Shown: one piece after another, positions 24,586 to 32,000 of the stretch
Numbering within the stretch: the stretch's first letter is position 1
Layout of the letters: the number at the start of each line of letters is the position of its first letter
Assembly: GCA_016700375.1 (NCBI GenBank)
Contig: CP065016.1
Location: forward strand, 1,080,001 to 1,112,000
Reading direction: 5' to 3'
Length of the DNA: 32,000 bases
Source of the DNA: Candidatus Saccharimonadota bacterium
Lineage (GTDB): Bacteria; Patescibacteriota; Saccharimonadia; Saccharimonadales; UBA4665
Made by a program: the position numbers and the translations under genes
The notes under the pieces: model-generated
The model's database searches: none
What the model was told of the DNA's origin: nothing
What the model saw: the letters and a program-made list of their open reading frames with translations, nothing else

Positions 24586-26421
24586 CTATTCTTTGTATCC
24601 CTCGGCTTGTTTGGTGAAGAGTTCGTGATATAGTCCGTATTGTTTCATGAGCTCGGCATGAGTGCCTTGCTCGACTATTTTGCCTTCGTCTAGGACGATA
24701 ATGCGGTGTGCGCGTCGGACGGTAGAAAAGCGATGGCTGACAATAATGGCGGTTCGGTCTTGGTAGTGTGCAAAGATGTTATTGAATATATCGTACTCGG
24801 CTTTGGCGTCAATGGCACTCGTCGGCTCATCTAGGATAAGCACTGGTGCATCCCGGTAAAATGCCCGCGCCAGCGCCACACGCTGCCACTGCCCACCGCT
24901 CGGCTCGATGCCTTTTTCAAAGCTGCTATCGAGCATCGTATCGTAGCCATGTGGGTAGAGTGAGACGACTTCGTCGAGGTTGCTTTTTAAGGCTGCCGCT
25001 AAGATTTTTTCGTGATTGGGCGCAATATCTGCACGGCCAATCGAGACGTTTTCATGGACCGACAATGTGTACTGGTTAAAGTCTTGAAACAGGCTGGCAA
25101 CATGGGCATACCATGTCTCGATCGCTAGGTCTTGCAAATCTTTGCCTTCCAGCAAAATACGACCAGATGTCGGCCGATAAAAACGCAGCAGCAGTTTGAT
25201 GAGCGTCGATTTGCCCGCGCCGTTTTCGCCCACGAGCGCCACGTGCTCACCTGGCTTGATACAGAATGAGACATTGTCGAGGATCACGCTGTCTTTGCCG
25301 GGGTACGCAAAACTGACGTTTTCAAACTCGATTGTCGGTGGGCCACTGGTTTTGAGTGGATGAGCGTCTGGCTTATCAATGAGTTTTGGCTGTCTGTCGA
25401 TGAGCTGGAAATAATCGCGCGCAAAAATGAGCGGTTCCTGCATATAATTGAGCGAGCCAAAAATCGCATTGAGCGCTCCGCCCACACGCAGAAGCGCGCC
25501 AGACAAGAAAAAGTACTGATGTAGCGAAAGCGCTCCTCCCAGAAACTGCTTGAGCAAGTAGACTGCCCCAGCGGCCGTACCGACACCCTCTATGACCTTG
25601 GCAGGGAGCAGCCTTTTGCTGGCCCGTCGGAAAGTGCGCTCTTGCTTGGTGTAGAAAGATTCGTTCATGCGCCGGAGTTTTTCGGTCACATAGGTACCAG
25701 ATTGCAGACTGCGCAGTTCCATCTGAGCTCGCACGCGGCGGAGGAGCCATTCTAGCCCCCAAAATATGTGCCGATGATCGCCTTTTTGATCCCACACAAA
25801 CCACTGTAGACTCTGTAGCTTGTTTTCCAAAACCAGACTGGGCAAGAGAAATACTGCGAGCAGTGGTATCACCCACCAAGCGATCTGAGCCACCACTACC
25901 GTGATAGCTGCAAACCGCAATAGCCCATAGATGAGATCGAGCATGTACTGCATGATATTGGAGAGTTGCCAGGTGTAGCCGGCGGCAACTTTGGTGATGA
26001 GGCTGCGGACGTTTTTGTTTTCAAAATCGGTGATAACAAGCCGACAGAGAGTAGAGTGGTAGTAGTACGTCGACCACGCGACCATACGATAGTACAAAAT
26101 CCGCTTGGCGGCAGACATCAGCCAAAAGCCCACTGCAATCGCTACGGCACACCCAATATCGAGCCATAGCCAAAACCACAGCCCAGAAGCATCTCCCGAG
26201 CCACCGACAAATCGCGCCAGCCCCGCCGCGAGCTGGGCGGTCGCATAAATAGACAGTATGCTACCGGCTATTTCGAGTGAGGCTCCTAGAAAGTATCTCG
26301 CCACTGTCCGTGGCGACAGCTTCCAAGTGACTCGGCATACTCTTGCGCCTGTACCCAAAAGCCCGCGAAGACTTCGGAGTGAACGGAAACGAATGAGTGT
26401 CATGGGTCGCTTTTTACTCAT
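24586..26421 (-). CDS. ABC exporter, fused TMD-NBD half-transporter (third gene of the operon)
   Basis: Walker A GENGAGKST, signature PSGGQWQR, Walker B LILDEPTS, H-loop SHRFS. I prefer ATG 26421 (an 8-nt overlap identical in form to the upstream junction) over the track start 26478. Confidence 0.9.
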   Translation of the reverse strand: MSKKRPMTLIRFRSLRSLRGLLGTGARVCRVTWKLSPRTVARYFLGASLEIAGSILSIYATAQLAAGLARFVGGSGDASGLWFWLWLDIGCAVAIAVGFWLMSAAKRILYYRMVAWSTYYYHSTLCRLVITDFENKNVRSLITKVAAGYTWQLSNIMQYMLDLIYGLLRFAAITVVVAQIAWWVIPLLAVFLLPSLVLENKLQSLQWFVWDQKGDHRHIFWGLEWLLRRVRAQMELRSLQSGTYVTEKLRRMNESFYTKQERTFRRASKRLLPAKVIEGVGTAAGAVYLLKQFLGGALSLHQYFFLSGALLRVGGALNAIFGSLNYMQEPLIFARDYFQLIDRQPKLIDKPDAHPLKTSGPPTIEFENVSFAYPGKDSVILDNVSFCIKPGEHVALVGENGAGKSTLIKLLLRFYRPTSGRILLEGKDLQDLAIETWYAHVASLFQDFNQYTLSVHENVSIGRADIAPNHEKILAAALKSNLDEVVSLYPHGYDTMLDSSFEKGIEPSGGQWQRVALARAFYRDAPVLILDEPTSAIDAKAEYDIFNNIFAHYQDRTAIIVSHRFSTVRRAHRIIVLDEGKIVEQGTHAELMKQYGLYHELFTKQAEGYKE

Positions 26422-28183
26422 CGATAAACCCTCCTGACTGGTGGTTCCAGAGTTTGGCATAGGTGCCATTTTGCTCAAGGAGTTCAGCGTGGGTACCTTC
26501 CTCGATTATACGCCCTTTGTCCATAACGATGATACGATTCATGTGGCGGAGCGTACTGAGGCGGTGGGCTACGGCAATAACGGTTTTATGTTGCCACATG
26601 TTTTCAAGAGCTTTTTGAATATGACGCTCACTTTCGCTATCAAGCGAGCTGGTTGCTTCATCGAGAACTAGAATTGGGGCATCACGTACGATTGCTCGGG
26701 CAATCGCAATTCGTTGTCTTTGGCCGCCACTTAGTTTTACGCCCCTTTCGCCTACCAACGTATCGTAGCCCTCGCTCAGTTTCGATATGAATTCCTCTGC
26801 CTCTGCGTCTGTGGCAGCACGGCGAATATCTTTTTGCGAAACCTCACGACTTGCGGCGTAGGCAATATTATCTGCTATGCTACGGTGAAAAAGCGTTGTA
26901 TCTTGGGGTACAAAAGCAATATGTTCTGCTACCGAACCGCTTGTGACGGGTTTGCCGTCAAAATAAAAGGTGTTGGTCGGCACATCGTAGTGGTCAAGCA
27001 GCAGTTTCGTAATAGTGCTCTTGCCGCTACCGCTCCTTCCGACAATCCCGAGTTTTTCGCCCTGTTTTAGGGTGAAGGATATGTTGTGGAGAACGGTCGT
27101 GTCTGACTTATCGGGATAAGCGAATGACAGATTACGCACTTCAAAGCTGTCTTCGAACTTGGCGGGCTGTATATCTACAGTGTGACTTTCTTGGCCGACA
27201 ACACTATTCCCGAACAAATAGGTATGTGCCTCGTCGGTTTTGGCCATGGTTAGGCCAAATTGCGATATGTCGTACACTGCGTCCCATACCGTTGTCGTGA
27301 AGAGCAGCGCTGTTGAGAGGATTGTCGTAAATTCGGCCAAGGTAATACTACCATTCAGGAAAAACATAAGGTTCATGATGACCACGACGGGCCAAATAAA
27401 ATCACGAACAAACACCGACATACTTCCCCAAAATATGATTATCCATAAAATTGCCCGGCGGCTGGCGGTGATGGTTGCATCACGGTGGTGGGTTATGGTG
27501 CGTATTTCTCTGGCCTCGGTGCGAAATGCTTTCACGCTCGAAAAGTTAGCAATTGCGTCTATGACATGTCCGTTTTTTGTCGCGTTTGTATCTGTCTCGA
27601 CCTTTTGGTAACGCATGCTTTTTTTCAAGGTATAATTCCCAACCAAGAACATACAGGTGATGCCGGTGGCAAAAACGACACCAGTTTGCCAATTGATTGA
27701 GCTTAATATGAAAAATATGGCAACGAGGCTAATGAATGAACTCGTGTAGTTAAATACCGTTTGGTCGAGGAGCGTGTGGAACTCTGTCCGCAGTGTCGAT
27801 ATGTAGGAAGATACTTTGCCGGTAAATTTATCGACGAAATACGGATAGGGTTTTGTTATCACCGCCTGAAACAAATGTGTTTCGTAGCGAAAACTAAGCG
27901 GGTTTACAAAATGCCGGTACGCAAATTCACCGGCTCGCCACGTAAGGTTGTGGCCTATGCTGCACGCAATAAGCATCCAGGCATAAAACCAGGCATCATG
28001 TGTACTAACCGGATTTTGAGCAACTGCTCCAACGAGTTTCCCTATGAAAACCGGTATAAACATAAGTAACCCAGCCGAAAAAAGCATAATGCCCATGGTC
28101 AAAAAAATACCCCACCGGTATGGCCGACAAAATGCAATCAGCGAGCGCAGCGAAATAAACCGATTTGTCGCTTTTTTACTCAT
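26414..28183 (-). CDS. ABC exporter, fused TMD-NBD half-transporter (second gene)
   Basis: GRSGSGKST, LSGGQRQR, LVLDEATSSLD, AHRLS. C-terminal tail HQSGGFIDE. Confidence 0.9.
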   Translation of the reverse strand: MSKKATNRFISLRSLIAFCRPYRWGIFLTMGIMLFSAGLLMFIPVFIGKLVGAVAQNPVSTHDAWFYAWMLIACSIGHNLTWRAGEFAYRHFVNPLSFRYETHLFQAVITKPYPYFVDKFTGKVSSYISTLRTEFHTLLDQTVFNYTSSFISLVAIFFILSSINWQTGVVFATGITCMFLVGNYTLKKSMRYQKVETDTNATKNGHVIDAIANFSSVKAFRTEAREIRTITHHRDATITASRRAILWIIIFWGSMSVFVRDFIWPVVVIMNLMFFLNGSITLAEFTTILSTALLFTTTVWDAVYDISQFGLTMAKTDEAHTYLFGNSVVGQESHTVDIQPAKFEDSFEVRNLSFAYPDKSDTTVLHNISFTLKQGEKLGIVGRSGSGKSTITKLLLDHYDVPTNTFYFDGKPVTSGSVAEHIAFVPQDTTLFHRSIADNIAYAASREVSQKDIRRAATDAEAEEFISKLSEGYDTLVGERGVKLSGGQRQRIAIARAIVRDAPILVLDEATSSLDSESERHIQKALENMWQHKTVIAVAHRLSTLRHMNRIIVMDKGRIIEEGTHAELLEQNGTYAKLWNHQSGGFIDE

Positions 28184-29963
28184 CTATAAACCCTCCGCTT
28201 TGGTGAGCCCATAGTTTCGCGTACGTGCCTTTCTTCGCTAAAAGGGTTTTGTGCGGTCCTTCTTCGACTATTTTGCCGTTTTCGAGTACAACTATTCGGT
28301 CCATTTTTTGAATGGTACTTAACCGGTGGGCGATGACAATAGCCGTGCGACCTTCCATAAGCTTCCATAGTGCGTCTTGAATGAGCACTTCGCTTTCACT
28401 GTCGAGTGCACTCGTTGCTTCGTCGAGGACGAGTACGGGGGCGTCTTTTAGCATGGCTCTCGCTATAGCAATCCGCTGCCGTTGCCCGCCGCTCAGCTTC
28501 ACGCCGCGTTCACCGACGAGCGTGTCGTAGCGCGCTGGCAGTGTCCGTATAAAGTCATGAGCATGGGCGTGTTTGGCGGCTCGTTTTATGGCCGCATCGT
28601 CTGCTCCAAGGTTACCGTACGCAATGTTTTCACGAATGCTACGGTGAAAAAGCAGAGGTTCTTGCGGAACATAGGCAATAACACTATGAAGGTCCTCTTG
28701 TGTAATGTGCGACACATCCTGACCGTCTATAGTAATGGCGCCGTCCTGAATGTCGGAAAAGCGGAGGAGTAAGCGGGTAAACGTTGTCTTACCGGAGCCG
28801 CTGTGCCCAACAAGACCAATTTTTTCACCCGGTTCAATAGAGAGGCTAAATTTTTCAAACAGTGCATCATCGGCGCCGCTATGAATGAAGGTGACATCAC
28901 GAAACTGGATAGCGCCGGTGCGTATGGTAAGTGGTTCTGGTACGCGAGGGTCTTCAACGCTTGATTTCTGTGTGAGCTTTACGGCCATTTCCTGTGCGTC
29001 GCTGAGAGCCCGGTTGTAAGACCGTAGCGTTGCGTTACCGAACTCAAAGAGCTGCTCGGCAATCGTAGCAGTGTAGCTAAAAATGAGGAAGGCCGTACCC
29101 ACGTCTGCACCGTGGCTCACCACCGAAACGAGCGCAACCACAAGCGCACCACCAATGATGATTCGGTTCATAACGCCCATGATGTTCATTTGCCGCTGGT
29201 GTGCACGGGCAAATTGCCGCACGTACCGGCGTGTCGTATCGGTGGCTTTGTGAAAACGGTCGACTTCATATGACTGTCGGGCAAAGCTTTTTATGACACC
29301 TATGTTGGTAATGGCATCGGCGAGCTGCCCCGTTTCTTTACTTTCGGCAGCAGCAGCGCGTGACAAGTGCGCAAATATGCCTCTGGCGAGCAGCATAGAC
29401 ACTGCCATAAAAAGCACAATTAATACAACCAGAAACACCGAATATAGCGGTGCTTTTGGTGCAAGAATGAGGGTTGCCCATACAAACCCCCAAAGCATGG
29501 GGTACACCTGGTAAATAGTACTGTCTTGGATACGAATATACCCATTTATGAGCTTATTGGTTTGCGACACGAGCGACCCGCTGAAGTTATTCGCATGAAA
29601 ATCAAGACTTTGGCGCATCATGTGCCGGAAGACGTGCTCAGAAATGTCTTGGCGAACGTTTTGTTCGAGCCGCCACATAAAATAATCTATTCCGCGCCAC
29701 AAGCCAATGCCGACAAGGAGCACCACAAAATAGAGGAGTATTTCGTCCCCAAATGTTGCCCATACCCCTGTGGTTGGGTGTTTTAGGGTAAGCTGGTTTA
29801 TGACGTTTGCGAGTATAAGTGGTGGTATGTAGCGCCCAAAGAGGGAAGTGAGCGGCATAACAAGCACTACGCCCCACATGTAGCGGGGGTACCGTAGAAC
29901 GCACTGTACGTAGTAGCGCAGTGCAATTCTCATGCCAGTTTGTTTTGCTTCAGATTTTTTCAT
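28176..29963 (-). CDS. ABC exporter, fused TMD-NBD half-transporter (first gene)
   Basis: GHSGSGKTT, LSGGQRQR, LVLDEATSALD, AHRLS. I prefer ATG 29963 with SD GGAGGG (29978-29973) over TTG 29972. Confidence 0.9.
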   Translation of the reverse strand: MKKSEAKQTGMRIALRYYVQCVLRYPRYMWGVVLVMPLTSLFGRYIPPLILANVINQLTLKHPTTGVWATFGDEILLYFVVLLVGIGLWRGIDYFMWRLEQNVRQDISEHVFRHMMRQSLDFHANNFSGSLVSQTNKLINGYIRIQDSTIYQVYPMLWGFVWATLILAPKAPLYSVFLVVLIVLFMAVSMLLARGIFAHLSRAAAAESKETGQLADAITNIGVIKSFARQSYEVDRFHKATDTTRRYVRQFARAHQRQMNIMGVMNRIIIGGALVVALVSVVSHGADVGTAFLIFSYTATIAEQLFEFGNATLRSYNRALSDAQEMAVKLTQKSSVEDPRVPEPLTIRTGAIQFRDVTFIHSGADDALFEKFSLSIEPGEKIGLVGHSGSGKTTFTRLLLRFSDIQDGAITIDGQDVSHITQEDLHSVIAYVPQEPLLFHRSIRENIAYGNLGADDAAIKRAAKHAHAHDFIRTLPARYDTLVGERGVKLSGGQRQRIAIARAMLKDAPVLVLDEATSALDSESEVLIQDALWKLMEGRTAIVIAHRLSTIQKMDRIVVLENGKIVEEGPHKTLLAKKGTYAKLWAHQSGGFIDE

Positions 29964-30359
29964 AGGGTACAACCCTCCAGGTGTCGACCGTGCTTATTCT
30001 AGTATAGGGTGTTTATGCGTGAACACGTAGTGTTCAGTGCTGGTTTAGACAAGAGTGCCGTACGCGGTAGTGGCGCCGGTATTTGGTGTCTGTAGTCTGT
30101 CTATCATGATATGAGCGCCCTTTCCGTTACGGTTTGTAATTCGTACAACTATACTACCACTGTTAGCAAAATGCAATAACAAAATGAAGTGAAACCTATA
30201 TCTGCTAAATTTTTATCCCGGGTGATTTATGTAGACACGAGCGAAGTGTCTTTCAGTAGTAAAATGAGCCGCAAACCGAGCGCCAGCGAAGGCTTTCAGG
30301 TGGGAGGACAGCCGCAGCCGGATTTATTCCGGCTCTGCGAGGAGTACAAGAGTCCTTCT

Positions 30360-30668
30360 TTAAGATTCTTCTTGTATGCGGAACACTTTTTCTTCGGCCG
30401 TTATAGGGTGGCCTGCCATACGTTCGAGATGCTTGAGACGTTCTTCTGTTTCGATTTCGTAAGCCTGTAGGCGCGATTCTATTACCTCAAGCTCGTGGTG
30501 GAGGGCTGCAATTTCATCTGAATCGTTGTGGGCGTGTTTTTTTGTGTGTTTCGGTTTTTCCGTATCGTTGTTGTTGGTTTCGGTTTTACTATCGTCTGTC
30601 TGGTGGTCGGACCCGTGAGGAATGTATGTGATGCCGAGAAACCCATCCGCGTCGTCATCGTGTGTCAT
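30360..30668 (-). CDS. Possible small His/Asp-rich protein with a C-terminal coiled-coil (102 aa from ATG 30668)
   Basis: This is the internal ATG of the track ORF 30360..30794. Minus strand reads TACAAT (30680-30675), then 6 nt, then ATG, the same leaderless geometry as neighbouring genes. The longer track version would overlap the trhO start. Confidence 0.4.
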   Translation of the reverse strand: MTHDDDADGFLGITYIPHGSDHQTDDSKTETNNNDTEKPKHTKKHAHNDSDEIAALHHELEVIESRLQAYEIETEERLKHLERMAGHPITAEEKVFRIQEES

Positions 30669-30674
30669 GGGTAC

Positions 30675-30689
30675 ATTGTACGGTATAAT
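30675..30689. promoter_or_regulatory. Back-to-back divergent -10 boxes (minus TACAAT 30680-30675, plus TATAAT 30684-30689)
   Basis: Each box is 6 nt from its start codon (ATG 30668 minus, ATG 30696 plus). Confidence 0.45.
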
Positions 30690-30695
30690 AGACCC

Positions 30696-31598
30696 ATGCA
30701 AAAGATTCTCCTTTACTACAAGTTCACCCCAGTCAAAGACCCGGAAATGCTTAAGCTGTGGCAAAAAACGTTGTGTGATTCGCTCAACTTGCATGGGCGC
30801 ATACTGGTGAGCTCGCAGGGTATAAACGGCACAGTGGGCGGAGACATAGAAGACCTTAAGGCGTATGTAAAGAAGACAAAAGAATTTCCTGGCTTCAAAG
30901 ACATACTATGGAAATGGAGTGAAGGTGGGCGAGACAACTTTCCGCGCATGAGTGTGAAGGTTAAAAAAGAGCTCGTTGCATTTGAAACATGGGATGAAAT
31001 ACAGGTGGATGAAAAAGGTGTCGTTGGCACTGGGCCGCACCTCAAACCACACGAAGTAAATGAGCTGGTGTCGCAATATGGCGATGACGTTGTGTTCTTT
31101 GACGGACGTAACCAGTACGAGGCTGCCGTTGGCCGTTTTAAAAACGCGGTAGTACCAGATACACGCACTTCGCGCGACTTTAAGAGAGAGCTAGAGAGTG
31201 GTAAATACGATGACCTGAAAAATAAAAAAGTCATTTCCTACTGCACGGGTGGCGTACGCTGCGAACTACTGAGTGCCATGATGAAACAGCGTGGCTTCAA
31301 GGACGTTTACCAAATAGACGGCGGTATCGTAAAGTACGGCGAAGCATATGGTGACGACGGGCTGTGGGAGGGAAATCTCTATGTATTTGACGGCCGTATG
31401 GGTATGAACTTTAGTGACCATGCCAAGGTAATCGGCCAGTGCATTCACTGCAAGGGCAAAACCAGTAACTACGAAAACTGTGCGAACCCCGCTTGCAACG
31501 ACCTTGTCCTCATTTGCGAACCCTGCAAGCGCGACCCCAAAAAGCTGTACCACACGAAAGACTGCGAGAAGAAACATCATGAAAAAACACCAGCTTAA
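30696..31598 (+). CDS. trhO: Rhodanese-domain protein of the UPF0176/YceA family (tRNA uridine-34 hydroxylase TrhO)
   Basis: MQKILLYYKF..., INGTVGG, the active-site loop YCTGGVRCE and a C-terminal Cys-rich cluster CIHCKG...CANPACN...CEPC. The track ORF start (30528) lies upstream of the promoter, so I prefer ATG 30696. Confidence 0.85.
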   Translation: MQKILLYYKFTPVKDPEMLKLWQKTLCDSLNLHGRILVSSQGINGTVGGDIEDLKAYVKKTKEFPGFKDILWKWSEGGRDNFPRMSVKVKKELVAFETWDEIQVDEKGVVGTGPHLKPHEVNELVSQYGDDVVFFDGRNQYEAAVGRFKNAVVPDTRTSRDFKRELESGKYDDLKNKKVISYCTGGVRCELLSAMMKQRGFKDVYQIDGGIVKYGEAYGDDGLWEGNLYVFDGRMGMNFSDHAKVIGQCIHCKGKTSNYENCANPACNDLVLICEPCKRDPKKLYHTKDCEKKHHEKTPA

Positions 31599-32000
31599 AA
31601 TCCTCATTCCGGTGGCATATTGCATCGCATCGCTTACCCTTTTCTATGTCGTGGTTCGCAGTGGCGTTACTGCCGTGCAGATTGTTGGCATAGTACTGGC
31701 AGTGACTGCATTTGCCCTGTGGATTACCGCCCGCGTCCAGCTCGCCAATAACTTTTCCATAGGTGCTCATGCAAATGAACTCGTCACAACGGGTCTATAT
31801 GCCAGATTCAGGCACCCGGTGTACTATTTCTCTATCTTGGCGCTCATCGGCATCACATTGGCTGTGGCGAACTATTACCTCTTCGGCGCCGTAGCAGTAT
31901 TGATTATCTTGGAAATGAGCAGAATAAGAGGCGAAGAACGAAAGCTGCACGATGCTTTCGGCAAACGGTACGAAGTCTACAAGAAAAACACCTGGTTTTA
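31579..32000 (+). CDS. Isoprenylcysteine carboxyl methyltransferase (ICMT)/phospholipid methyltransferase-family membrane protein, 3'-truncated by the window end
   Basis: Not in the supplied ORF track because it has no stop in the window. My own translation is MKKHQLKILIPVAYCIASLTLFYVV...GLYARFRHPVYYFSILAL...EERKLHDAFGKRYEVYKKNTWF. It overlaps the trhO end by 20 nt. Confidence 0.75.
   Translation, partial: MKKHQLKILIPVAYCIASLTLFYVVVRSGVTAVQIVGIVLAVTAFALWITARVQLANNFSIGAHANELVTTGLYARFRHPVYYFSILALIGITLAVANYYLFGAVAVLIILEMSRIRGEERKLHDAFGKRYEVYKKNTWF

Noticed and set aside
30045-30107. A 20-aa minus-strand mini-ORF (MIDRLQTPNTGATTAYGTLV) upstream of the ABC operon, as a possible exported peptide precursor
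   Set aside because: It has no SD or -10 geometry and no leader-peptide features, and chance occurrence is likely at this length.
30189-30470. A 93-aa plus-strand ORF (GTG start) upstream of trhO
   Set aside because: It has no -10 box or SD and overlaps the better-supported minus-strand small ORF (30360-30668). Its composition is unconvincing.
1-32000. Alternative genetic code (UGA recoding, as in some CPR lineages), CRISPR arrays, and tRNA/rRNA genes
   Set aside because: TGA terminates the ftsA-like gene, obg and sbcB at positions consistent with homologue lengths. No spacer-repeat arrays and no tRNA-like T-arm or acceptor patterns were seen in any intergenic region by eye.

Overview
This is a 32-kb chromosomal window of roughly 50% GC (judged by eye) that uses the standard genetic code: TGA is a real stop at the ends of the ftsA-like gene, obg and sbcB. 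Gene content suggests a small-genome, Gram-positive-like or Patescibacteria/Saccharibacteria-like bacterium, but that is inference only. Housekeeping genes are a short alaS lacking the C-Ala domain, an FtsA/PilM-type actin-fold ATPase coupled to a membrane-anchored baseplate-J-like protein, ruvX, mltG, a LysM-CHAP wall hydrolase, obg, sbcB, a PGPGW membrane protein, uvrA, a stand-alone four-helix-bundle (23S-IVS/Avd-like) gene, dedA, rplY and trhO. A partial ICMT-family methyltransferase gene (31579 to window end) is missing from the ORF track. Accessory content falls into four blocks. (i) A roughly 5-kb wedge (2118..7370) splits the conserved alaS-ruvX-mltG neighbourhood and carries a 270-aa orphan, a roughly 1063-aa orphan with its own near-consensus promoter and phased ATTGCAAT palindromes, and a possible small acidic ORF. 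(ii) Two same-orientation copies of a 126/149-bp MITE-like element have perfect 20-bp terminal inverted repeats, and one copy has a perfect 9-bp target-site duplication. (iii) An IS982-family insertion sequence sits immediately before a PRTase plus LOG/SLOG (TIGR00725-like) two-gene cassette. (iv) Three tandem ABC exporter genes overlap by 8 nt. Across the window, at least ten genes have a -10 box (often extended, TGnTAnAnT) only 6-10 nt upstream of the start codon with no Shine-Dalgarno, which implies leaderless mRNAs, whereas the accessory genes use strong SD sites. I saw no tRNA, rRNA or CRISPR array by eye. The best candidates for an undescribed system are the orphan wedge, the PRTase-LOG cassette and the actin-ATPase/baseplate-J-like pair. 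None of these can be given a function from sequence alone.
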